In this document: positions 51,082-61,032 of the stretch, piece by piece
Layout of the letters: each line of letters begins with the position of its first letter
How positions within the stretch are numbered: the first letter of the stretch is position 1
NCBI GenBank assembly: GCA_024137785.1
Contig: JAHRHZ010000085.1
Location: 2,463,456 to 2,524,487 of the forward strand
Source of the DNA: Ginglymostoma cirratum
Lineage: Eukaryota
Direction: 5' to 3'
DNA length: 61,032 nt
Program-made: the position numbers and the translations under genes
The notes under the pieces: generated by a model
The model's input: the letters and a program-made list of their open reading frames with translations, nothing else
The model's database searches: none
Told to the model about the DNA's origin: nothing

Positions 51082-51478
51082 CTTCTTTCGCAATAGTGTA
51101 ACTGACATTTGCTGGAAATGAGCTTGAAATGTGATGCACTAGACAAGTGTAAACTGTGTCACATTCGACTGCCTCTGACACCTCTAAGGTGCTGACAACC
51201 TCGAAGTCTGTTGGTGTTTCCTTGTTTTTCATTTCTAACTGCAGTCAAGACTTTTCTGAAGAAAGGTCTCGGCCCAAAACATCAGCTTTCCTGCTCCTCT
51301 GATGCTGCTTGGCCTGCTGTGTTCATCCAGCTCCACACCTTGTTATCCAAGGATTTTGTATTCTTTTTGTGTGAAGTAAAATAAATGTCTTTTGGGTAAA
51401 ATGCAGAAGTCCTGCGCTGCAGAATGAAAGAAATGTCTTCTCAATGTACTGGCACAATTTTCAGGGCAGTTGGTGAAT
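51082..51478 (-). pseudogene. Locus C C1 exon (paralog of 32397-32702), disrupted
   Basis: DSPTALKIVPVH*EDISFILQRRTSAFYPKDIYFT...[insert]...FEVVSTLEVSEAVECDTVYTCLVHHISSSFPANVSYTIAKE; stop, first Cys to Arg, frameshift, repeat insertion. Confidence 0.9.
51251..51347 (+). mobile_element. Penelope-derived short repeat inserted in the locus C C1 exon
   Basis: ctgaagaaaggtctcggcccaaaacatcagctttcctgctcc...; flanked by caaga / caagga. Confidence 0.85.
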
Positions 51479-52122
51479 CTGCATTGTCAATAACACAATT
51501 GTTTGAAATCTAAAGATCAGAATCCTACTCCAAAGCTTCAACGATTTCATGAAGAAACTATCTGTAAATTTGTGGCATGGTTCCTACATTAGAATTCATT
51601 ACATGCTTGGAGAAAATATTACACTTAACATATTGCGAGCCCCTGCACCCCCAAAGCAATTGATGCACCATTTCCAAATTCATAAAAAATTGGTTTCCAA
51701 CAATTTACATAATAATTAATACAAAAAAAAGGGATCTCGTTCTGCATCCTTCTCATAACAATCGGTTTGGTACTAGATTCCAGATCATAGAAACTGCAAC
51801 AGCCACAGTCCAAATGATCGGGACAGGAATTTCATTTTCAACTAGATACCGGATATTCAAAATGTACAATTCTGCAGGTAATATCTGTATCTTTTCAACT
51901 GTTTCCTGATGCTTAAATGAGGAAAGAAAAATGGGTGGCTTCACAGTTTAACTTATTCTGCAATAGATGCATTTCAGCACAATTTTCTAATGAAGTGCAG
52001 ATGGTAATCTTTATACTGTGGCGTTTTCTACGAGTTTCTCACACTGTTGATAATTTCATTTGAAAGAATTTGAATGTTTATATCAAATGTAGCTAAGACA
52101 CCATGTCTGTCTGTGGTCACAC

Positions 52123-52436
52123 CATCTCCAGTAAATTGCACAGCAGTTTCTTTCCCAACCGTTTGATGCTAATACTTGACGACACGGTAATATGTTCCAG
52201 CATCTCGGACAGCCACATTCAGAAGTTTAAGGTAGGGCTGCTCCTCTAACTACAGTGAATAACTTTCTGCTATCCTCCCTGCTGAAAGTTATTATTACCT
52301 TCTTTCCACCAGTCAGCTGCAACATTCGAATGGTCAATTTCAAAGGAGAAAGGACATAGCATGAGAATTGTTGAACATCTCTGCGCGGCTATACGTCGAA
52401 GATCCGGTTTCACTTCGGCTGAAATGCCCACAGCAG
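52123..52436 (-). pseudogene. Locus C V exon (paralog of 31387-31698), disrupted
   Basis: AVGISAEVKPDLRRI...CPFSFEIDHSNVAADWWKEG..(+1)EDSRKLFTVVRGAA(+1)YLKLLNVAVRDAGTYYRVVKY*HQTVGKETAVQF; expected acceptor AG reads CG. Confidence 0.92.
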
Positions 52437-52816
52437 CGATAGGAAACACACTGAGATTAAACAAGAAGGACGGTGTGTCCAAATAACATCCTTGTTTCAG
52501 GTCATTGATGCAACAGCAATTTAGCATGCCTAATTGACTAATTTTTAAACTATTGTCCTCATTGAACGTCATTTTTACTTCCCTGTAACAAAGTGGCAAA
52601 TGAGCTCTTTGAATACTTAACATGCAAAAAAACCCCACGAAAGTAATAAAATTGCGTCTGAATGGTTTTCCAATCAAGCTTTAAATTTTTGTTGCATCTT
52701 GATTATGGACAGTTAATATGTCGTTCAAAAAATGTGTACCTGCACACACAATGCCTCGCGTCCGGATGTCCTGTTGTGAGTAATGCATCGACAGATCGAC
52801 AGTGAAAATCTGAGAC

Positions 52817-52981
52817 AACACAACATGGAACTGGAGGAACACATCAGGTTCAGGCAGCATCAGACGAGCAGAAAAGAAACGTCAACTTCCCTGCTCCTCT
52901 GACATAACCTGACCTGCTGTTTTCCTCCAGCTCCACACTGTGTTGTCTCTGACTCCGGCATCTGCAGTGGTTCCTATCTCC
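52817..52981. mobile_element. Penelope-derived fold-back repeat, 13 bp TSD
   Basis: gaaaatctgagac at 52804-52816 and 52982-52994. Confidence 0.85.
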
Positions 52982-54239
52982 GAAAATCTGAGACTGTCAG
53001 TTATGCCTGTGAACAGCATTGATTATTAACTGCTCGTCTCTCTCTCTAATTTAAGCACGTGTTTGATTGCTGAATTAAAAGAAACGCAGACCTTTTCAAA
53101 TAAAGTCTGCTGTTGTTTTTGCAACCAGAAACTACAACAGCAAAGACTGCACGAGTGAGGATACAGAAAGTACTTCGGAGATTCTGCCAGGATTTGAAAG
53201 TATGGCCGAGGATCGACGAGATGGCTGAAGTCTTTGTCATTGAAACCGAGAAGGCTGAAGTGGAATTTCATTGGAATATACAAAACTGGCCGGGCCGATG
53301 CACAGTGGATGGAGGAAGAGGCCAATGACTCAGGGGTTACACACTTATAGAGAAACAGATTAATCTGGAGATAGTGAAACTATTTATCCCAGAGTGTTGT
53401 AGCGGTCGAGAACCCATTGCCTGAAAGAATGTTAGAAACACCTTACACTCTGTTTTAACTGGATATGCACTTGAAGTACTGTAATCTGTAGTGTTTCACA
53501 TTTAATCCTGGGGAGTGAGATTGGGTTTGGCTGTTCCTTTTTTGGCCGGCACAGACATGTTGCTTCTCTGTGTTGTAAACTTTTTCTAATTTTGTGAACA
53601 ATCAGGTGACTAGTTATCGTAAATTGAAGGACGTGGGGATTTCGGGTGAAACTACAGCTACAGCCGTATTAAAAAGAAGAAAGTGGGGCTCAATTAATAC
53701 CCTCTGGCTCCTATAGGACTGAAAGGACTGAGCTAGAGTGTCGGATTAACCTGTCTGAAATCGTCTTCCTCATTAATTTTCAGCATAATGTCTTTGACTC
53801 TCAGATACTGTCTGTACAAGTCATTCCCGGTGATTCTTCGGTGTGGACCTTTTTACCAATAACTCCCACTGAACATTGTATGTCTGCTAGACGATAATAA
53901 TAAAGTTAATTATTAGTTGGTACGGATTTGACTCTCTTCCTCTTTGTCCCGAGCCAATAATTGTTGTCAAAGGCGGTAACCAGGCAACACCATTTATGCG
54001 AACAAAAAATGCTGGATCAGGCAGCATCCGCGGAGAGAAAGCAAGTAGATGACACTCCATCAGCTCAGAGTTTATGAATAGTCATATCGACTCTAAACTT
54101 GTTGTTTCTCCATGGATGCTGCATGACCGGCTGCGACCTCCAGCATTTTTGTTTTCAACGCAGATTCCAGCATCTGCAGTAGTTTGATCCAAAACCATTT
54201 ATGTCTTTTATTCATGTGCATTCACTGTCTTTGTTAATA

Positions 54240-54779
54240 CCTGCTAATGGCTGTCCAGATCAGTTTGTTTCCTTCTGACTTGTTATTGTCCATGTGGTGA
54301 AATGATCATTTAAGAGATTGTGGTTGCCGATCAAAAGTGTTGCTTTTTCTTGTGAGATGCCATTCTCCTGAGTTTGTTATCGCTGCTGTCATCTCGGTAA
54401 TGGGAAGTGGAAATGTTCCAGAATACTTTGCAAGTGCACCCCTTGGCTGGAAGAGAAACATTCCCAAATCATGATGTGGATCACCCACCTCAGGAGACAG
54501 ATCCTCTGAATTGGTCCTGAATTCCAGTTACATAACCCCTTCCCAGCAGCACATTGGATAGACATGAACCACATTGTCTGCACCCGTTCAAGAAGATGGC
54601 TCACCATCAGTTTCCCGATAATTTCAACATTACAAAGTAAACATTTCATTTTCTTTGTACCAGCACATTACCAACTCATATTTGCTGTTTGAGATGAAGA
54701 CTCATTGCGGGAGTTGGGCGCAGATTCCTAATACATGTTGTCGACACTGACATCGCAAGAAATATCTTCACAGCACCAT
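54240..54779 (-). pseudogene. Possible highly decayed C1 exon of locus D, with a LINE fragment inside
   Basis: Strong acceptor tttcctttattttcag|; fragments AVKIF, MCWYKEN and LK*SFHH (possible CxVxH); donor-like ag|gtatta; position expected downstream of the V relic. Confidence 0.35.
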
Positions 54780-55729
54780 CTGAAAATAAAGGAAATTAAA
54801 ACTTATCAATTCGGGAAGGTAGTAAATGGGACTTGTGTTTTACAGAATGCATGTTGTTTTCTTTTGCTGAGCTGAACAAAGTCCAGACAAGTTTACAATT
54901 GAATGTCCTTTCGATTATTAATTGTTTTGCGAAATTACTGAGAGTGCAAATCATCTTCATTGTTATAAAAATTGATTAAAAGTATGCTTTACTTTTGATT
55001 GAAATGAATGTTGAAGATGATGATGTCCTTATTGTGGATCAAATACATAATGAAAACATTGGCATTTCAAAGTTTCTTAACTTGCGAATCGCACAAGCTT
55101 TCATGTGTACGAGCAGATACCTTATTAAATTTGAAGAACACAAATCATAATTCCACAAAGTTCATCTCTCTGTAACCAGAATAAACAAAATAGCTCCAAC
55201 AAGAATCAAGTCTCTGTGTTCTGTGGTGGACTCGTGTCAGTCATTCCTGTTGTCACATGCACATTATTGAATTGTACTGAGTAAATACACAAATGTTTGT
55301 ATCACAGACACGCTAACTGTTATTTCGGTAAAGTCACTCGATAAATATAACTACCTTAACATAGGATAGAAAACTAATTAGTTGAATTTTGCAAGTTAAA
55401 CGTGTGCATGGAAAACCATTGGAAAGAGCAGACATGGCTCGGCCAATTTCTGGTCTTCTCCTGATCTGGCTGGCATTTGACACCAGATAACCAGATTAAT
55501 GCAGCTGCCTTCTGCCTGTCTTTACCAACTGACCAGCAAACCATTAATTACAAAAATAATTAAGGATTGACAGCAAATATTGAACTGTCTATTGAAGACC
55601 ACTATATATATATATGTGCGTGTGTGTACAGACACATTAAAGAGAATTTTTCAAAGGACAATTGAGGAATGTGAGAATTTATGAAATAACAGTCATAAAC
55701 ACCTGATTCTATCTTCTTTTCATACTTAT

Positions 55730-56033
55730 TCCACACTGTTACAGTGAATTCTGTATGGTTTCCAAAAACAAGGAAACTGCCTTGATGAGATTCTGTGCAA
55801 CAGGCCACTCCTCCTCGTACACTTTCATACGGATTATCTGAAGAAACCAACTAATTTTCTGTCATCTTGCTCCTTGCAGAGATATTGATCATAATCTTGA
55901 TGCCACCAGTATATGTTCAGACCAAGGGTGCCTTGAATGAAAAGAACCAACTGTTGTCAAGACACATTTGAGCAAACATCTGTCCACAGCTTCACACGGG
56001 GCTGAGTCAATTTGCCCGACAGTTCACTGGAGC
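55730..56033 (-). pseudogene. Locus D decayed VJ-type V exon
   Basis: KLTQPRVKL...NIYWWHQD..YL..EQDDRKL..FLQII...GVACCTESHQGSFLVFGNHTEFTVT across frameshifts and stops; donor reads ataagt instead of gtaagt. Confidence 0.7.
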
Positions 56034-56171
56034 CGACAAGAAGAGAAATTCAACACTGAATTATTGAGATGATCTTAAAGGTCAAATAAAACAGAGAGAG
56101 TCAGGTAATCTGCTTTAAAACTGACACCACATTATGTATTAAATGAAATTTAAATAACTGCAGAATTTTAT

Positions 56172-56226
56172 AAGAATGCAATGCGCAAAAGAAACCGGAA
56201 ATAAGAGCCAGAACAGGAAGGTGCAT
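56172..56226 (-). pseudogene. Locus D leader exon candidate MHLPVLALISGFFCALHS
   Basis: Signal-peptide-like, ~140 nt upstream of the V relic; no intact GT donor. Confidence 0.45.
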
Positions 56227-57080
56227 AACTGCAACACGTGACAACAAACTGAGATAAATGTTCAGCAACTTACCCAACCTGAACTTGCTGATGGGGAAAC
56301 AACACGTAAGTGCTGGTCGTGCCAATGAAATGTAACATATAGCCCACAGAAAAAAAAAAACATGCTTTTGTTTTGTTCCTCCAGACTGGAGAAATGACTT
56401 GGACATGAGCCAGAAAATGCAGCAATTGTATTTACTGCAGGTGGTCTGCACTCCCCTGGCATTTCTTCTTACAAGGAAGCTCTCTAATAAAGTCACAAAT
56501 GCCATCAACGATCCACAGTGCCATTCCTCAAAAGGAATTGTGAACAAGAAGTTTACTACTGGAAGCAGCACTGGGGAAAGTGGAGTCTGACTGTGTGGTT
56601 GACTGTATTGTCAGAGGGTCAATGTGTTTGCAGATGGCAGAATTATGGGAATAGGGAAGGTTTTAATCTCAATAATGGATCAAGGGATCACTTGTGTGTG
56701 TTGTATGTTAAAGAGAAAAGACAAGTGAAACGAGGAAAATAGGAATCAGGGAATTGACGGTCAGGGAATGGCAAGATGGATAGAGTTTCAGAAAGAAAGG
56801 AGCATAGGTGTACACTAACAATCAAAACTTGGAGTTTGATTTGATTCGATTTGATCTATTGTAGTCACATGTACCTAAATACAGTGAAAAGTTTTGTTTA
56901 ACAAGCAGTACAGGCATATCATAGCAAACAAACGCATGCAGATCATTTGGTGCTTAGACAGAGTGAGGCATGCAGGTTACACTACACAGGACGTGCACAA
57001 AGCAATATGAATATTGGCAGGATCAACATTATTTGAAGTAAAATAGGTGTGTTCAACAATCTAATAACAACAGGGAAGAA

Positions 57081-57210
57081 GTTCTGATGAAGGGTCCCAA
57101 CACAAAACGTCAACCTTCCTGTACCTCTGATGCTACCTGACCTGCTGTGTTCCTCCAGCTCCACACTGTGTTGACTCTGACTCCAGCATCTGCAGATCTT
57201 GCTATCTCTG
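57081..57210 (+). mobile_element. Penelope-derived short repeat, 15 bp TSD
   Basis: aacaacagggaagaa at 57066-57080 and 57211-57225; ctgatgaagggtcccaacacaaaacgtc core. Confidence 0.85.
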
Positions 57211-57659
57211 AACAACAGGGAAGAACCTGTTCTTGAACCTGTTGGTGCGTGTATTCACAAAATAAAACAAGAAAAATGACTCCAGATTTGAAAATGCTCA
57301 TAGCATTCTGACTAAAATAAACAAATTGAGACCATGCCTTGATGCAAATAAGCATGATTGATATTTGTCATGGAGACATGACTGTAAGATGACAAATACT
57401 AATTATTTAGGAATCTACAACAGTCAATAAGAACAGGACACCAGGTGATGGAGGATGGTGTCCCACTGTTAGAGTTAGAGTTAAGCATGGTTAAAAATGG
57501 TCATGGTCAAGAAATCAAGACGAAGAATCAGTTTGGGTAGGAAAGACGAACGGTAGCAGAAAGAATCAACAGTGTGATCAGTCTAGAGGATAACTAACAG
57601 GGATCACAATGTGGGACTGAACATTCCAGATGACATATGGAATAAGAAAATAAAGTATT

Positions 57660-59100
57660 ACTGATGCTGGAAATCAAAAACAAAAACAACATTTGTTGTG
57701 TAAGCTCAGCAGGTCTGGCAGCATCAGTGGAGAGAAAGCACAGTTAACAGTTTGGTTCCAGTGACCATTTTTCAGAACTGATTTTAGCTGGGAGAAAGAT
57801 TGGTGCATGTGCTGAAGATGGGTTAGGAGAGGGAGAAGGAGTAAACAATAACTCGAGATGGAATCCAGAGAGAAAATAACAGTTAGACGGTCAAAGAATG
57901 GGTAAAGGTCAGCCATAGAGAATCAATACCTGCTAATATGGACCATTAGTAGCTGACAATCAGTAGCAGTCAGTGTGATGAGACAGCACAGTGTGGAGCT
58001 CGAGGAACAGCCTGGTTTGTGGGGCTTGGAGCAAGGATATGGAGGAAGGTGCTCAAGCCCTAAACTTACTGAATTTGACATTGAGCCCTAAAGGCTGCAG
58101 GGTCATCAAGTGGAAGCACTGCAGCAAGCTCAAGACAGAGATATTCGCCAGGGAGCACAGCGGTGCATTGACGTGGCAGGCAACTGGGAACTCAGGGTCA
58201 CTTTTAGAGACAAAATGTAGGTGTTCCACCATGTCGGCCACCCAGACTGTGTTTTGTCTCGCCAGTATAGAGGAGACGACATAGTGAGCAACGAATACAG
58301 GGGACTAAATTGAGTGAAGTGCAATTAAATCGGTGCTGCTCCTGGAAGGTGTGTTGGGACATTGGAAAGCGAAGGGGGAGGAAATAAATGGGCAGATGTG
58401 ATACATTCTGCGATTGCAGTGTTTGTGTCGGGTGGGGGAAAGCAGTTTCTGGAAGTGTGCCAAGGTGATTCAGAGGGAAAGGTCCCTGCACAAGGCTGAC
58501 AAAGAGGGGAAGGGAATATGTATCTGAAGGTGGGTATCCCACTGGAGGTGGCAGAAATGGTGGCTAATGATGTTTTGGATGTGCATGCCAGTGGGATGGG
58601 AAGTGAGGATCAGGGAGACTTGGGCTTTCTGCAGTGCTCCAGTGAAGCTCAGCACAAGCTGGAAGAAAAACATTTAATTTTCCATTTTGAGACCCTGCTG
58701 TCATCTGGACTCGACATTGAGATCAATAATTTTCAGGTTTCAGCACGATTTCCCATGCCCTTACCCTGCCCCCCACACACCAGGTCTTGTTATCTCATGG
58801 ACTGCTAACGATTGCCAGCTATTAATGGTCCTCATTAGCAGGTATTGATTCTCCCAGGCTGACCTTTACCCACTCCTTTGTCTGTTCAACTGTTGTTCGC
58901 TGTCTCTGGGCACCAAGCCCACCCACTGTTTACTCCTCCTCCCCGCCCCAACCCATCCTCACAATATATACCAACCTTTTCTTCGGTCCGGTCAGTTCTG
59001 AAGAAGGGTCACTGGGCACAAACTGTTCGTTCTGTTTTGTATTCCACAGATGTTACCAGGGCTGCTGAGTTCTTCCAGCAAATTATGCTTTTGTTCTTGA
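57660..59100. mobile_element. Old Penelope-like element remnant with inverted terminal arms
   Basis: Minus GIY-YIG-like FNCTSLNLVPCIRCSLCRLLYTGETK; ~57680-57950 is an inverted match to ~58820-59095. Confidence 0.75.
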
Positions 59101-59239
59101 AACACTGATTGTTTGGGATTAAGGTACACCAATAATTATGGGTAAATTTAATTTCCATATTGACTGAAATAAAATAAGATTGGAGAGAGGATGAACATTT
59201 TGGGCCTATACCAGAGTATCTTTGTAAAAGTGAGATTAT

Positions 59240-60177
59240 ATACGGTTTGTATAAACACGATAATATGGAGACAAAAGGAAGGTGGGTCACATTGTGGACA
59301 GTGCGGAGGGCTGTTCCAGGTTACAAAGGGATATTGATAGAATGCAGAGCTGGGCTGAGAAGTGGCAGAAGTGGAGTTTAACCCAGAAAAGTGTGAGGTG
59401 ATTCATTTTGCAAGGTCGAATTTGAATGCAGAATACGGGGACAATGGCAGAATTCTCGGCTGTGCGGAGGAACAGAGGGATATTGGGGTCCACATCCATA
59501 GATCCCTCGAAGTTGCGACCCAGGTTGATCAGTTGTAAAGGAGGCATATGGGAGGTTGGCTTTCATCAACAGGGGAGCTGAGTTTAAGAGCCGCGAGGTT
59601 ATGCTGCATCTCTATAAAACCCTGGTAAGACGACACTTGGAATATTGTGTTCAGTTCTGGTCACCTCATTTTAGGAAGGATGTGGAAGCTTTAGAGAGGG
59701 TGCAGAGGAGATTTACTATGATGCTGCCTGGACTGGAGGGCAGGTCGTATGAGGAAAGATTGCGGGAGCTCGGGTTTTTATCATTGGAGTGAAGAAGGAT
59801 GAAATGTGACTTGATAGAGGTGAATGAGATGATGAGAGGCATAGACAGAGTGGATAGTTAGAGACTTTTTCCCAGGGTAGAAATGACTATTAGGAGGGGG
59901 CATAATTTTAAGATGATTGGAGGAAGGTATAGGGGAGATGTCAGAGGTAGGCTCTTTACACAGAGAGTGGTGGGCATGTGGAATGCCCTGCCGGCAGTGG
60001 TAGTGAGTTCAGATACTTTAGAGACTTTTAAGCGACTCTTGGATAGGCACATGGAGGATAGTAAAATGTAGGGTATGCAGGGTAGATTGATCTTAGTAGG
60101 ATAACAGATTGGCACAATATTGTGGGCCAAAGGGCCTGTACTGTTCTGTACTGTTCTATGTTCTATGTTCTATGTTC
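59240..60177 (+). mobile_element. CR1 3' fragment
   Basis: LYKTLVRRHLEYCVQFWSPHFRKDVEALERVQRRF; (ttctatg)n tail. Confidence 0.93.
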
Positions 60178-60417
60178 AAGTCAGGCACTGAATTGTAGGT
60201 GTGAGGCCTTGTTCAAATCTGTTTTCAAGTTCTAACCTGAAATCAGGCTGGTTTCATTCGGAAAGCAGGAATTTATAAAATGACACACTGACTGACTGTA
60301 ACTAAAAATTGTGTGTTTTTGTACAAAACAGAATGGACAGCAAATAGCCAAACCTTTTGGATGAATTGATTCACTGCATAGGTTGAAATGTGTGCATGTG
60401 TGTTTATGTCTGTGAGG

Positions 60418-60452
<35 letters not shown>

Positions 60453-60640
60453 GGAGAGTGAGGTAATGATAATGATGGCAAGATATGACGCAGTAAAGAA
60501 GATTTTACAGATAAAGGACAGTGGGGTGGGGTAACCTGGAGCGCAATATGAACCCAAAATCACCGTTGAGGCGTCTTTATGGCTACAGAACTTGGCTATC
60601 AATCGCTGCTCAGTGATTCTGCGTCATTGTGTACCCTGAA
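60178..60640 (-). mobile_element. Penelope pseudo-LTR fragment with (TG)n(AG)n microsatellite
   Basis: Reverse-complement match to ~24810-25285. Confidence 0.8.
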
Positions 60641-60878
60641 GTCAGCATCAGATGATACTTCAAACAAGTGACAGGTATATGGAGATATCAAATTGGCTCC
60701 ATTCTTTTGGGGTGGTCTAGAGTAACAGAGGTGTATCAGAGGTAAGCATAGCAGGTGGATGAGGAATTATGAGGAAAGGTTGATGAGGAGCAGTGACAGG
60801 AGGTATATGAATGAGACAGGAAGATGGGTTGGATGGGGTCAGATGTTTAAGTCTGTTGGGAGTGTTAGATTTCTATAT

Positions 60879-60984
60879 GAGATAAAAGGTACTGCAGATG
60901 CTGGAGAATCCGAGATAACAAGCATGGGGCTGGATGAACACAGCAGGTCAAGCAGCATCATAGGAGCAGGAAAACTTGACGTTT
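60879..60984 (-). mobile_element. Penelope-derived short repeat
   Basis: gagataaaaggtactgcagatgctggagaatccgag..., near-identical to 46697-46803. Confidence 0.9.
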
Positions 60985-61032
60985 CTTCTGGATTTGGTTT
61001 AAACAGAGGCAGATCCAAAGTGATCACAGGGA

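Noticed and set aside
1-61032. Prokaryotic systems (CRISPR arrays, operons)
   Set aside because: The sequence is vertebrate intron/exon DNA; repeats are dispersed retroelements with no repeat-spacer periodicity.

Overview
Eukaryotic, repeat-dense genomic DNA. The HE1-type SINEs, CR1 LINEs and Penelope-derived repeats point to a cartilaginous fish, probably a carpet shark (inference). Nearly all ORFs in the track are transposon debris or noise. Splicing by hand shows a cluster of four related non-rearranging Ig-superfamily receptor loci (germline-joined VJ-type V domain, one C1 domain, TM, tyrosine-motif tail). Gene A (+): only its 3' exons are in the window (662-5428), encoding a SIRP-alpha-like four-tyrosine ITIM/ITSM-type tail. 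Gene B (+): intact V (31387-31698), C1 (32397-32702) and TM (44365-44478) exons; the TM carries Arg and Lys, and all three cytoplasmic exons are damaged, suggesting an inhibitory-to-activating or decoy switch. Locus C (-): V+C1 pseudogene (51082-52436). Locus D (-): older leader+V relic (55730-56226) that keeps an FGxxT J-like motif. Also present: an old antisense ERV-L-like (class III) provirus with a probable env remnant in gene B intron 2, many Penelope-derived repeats with minimal hammerhead ribozyme cores and 13-15 bp target duplications, an old local duplication with a solo LTR at the junction, and a 1.45 kb polypurine tract. No database searches were run; family names come from motif recognition and repeat boundaries are approximate.
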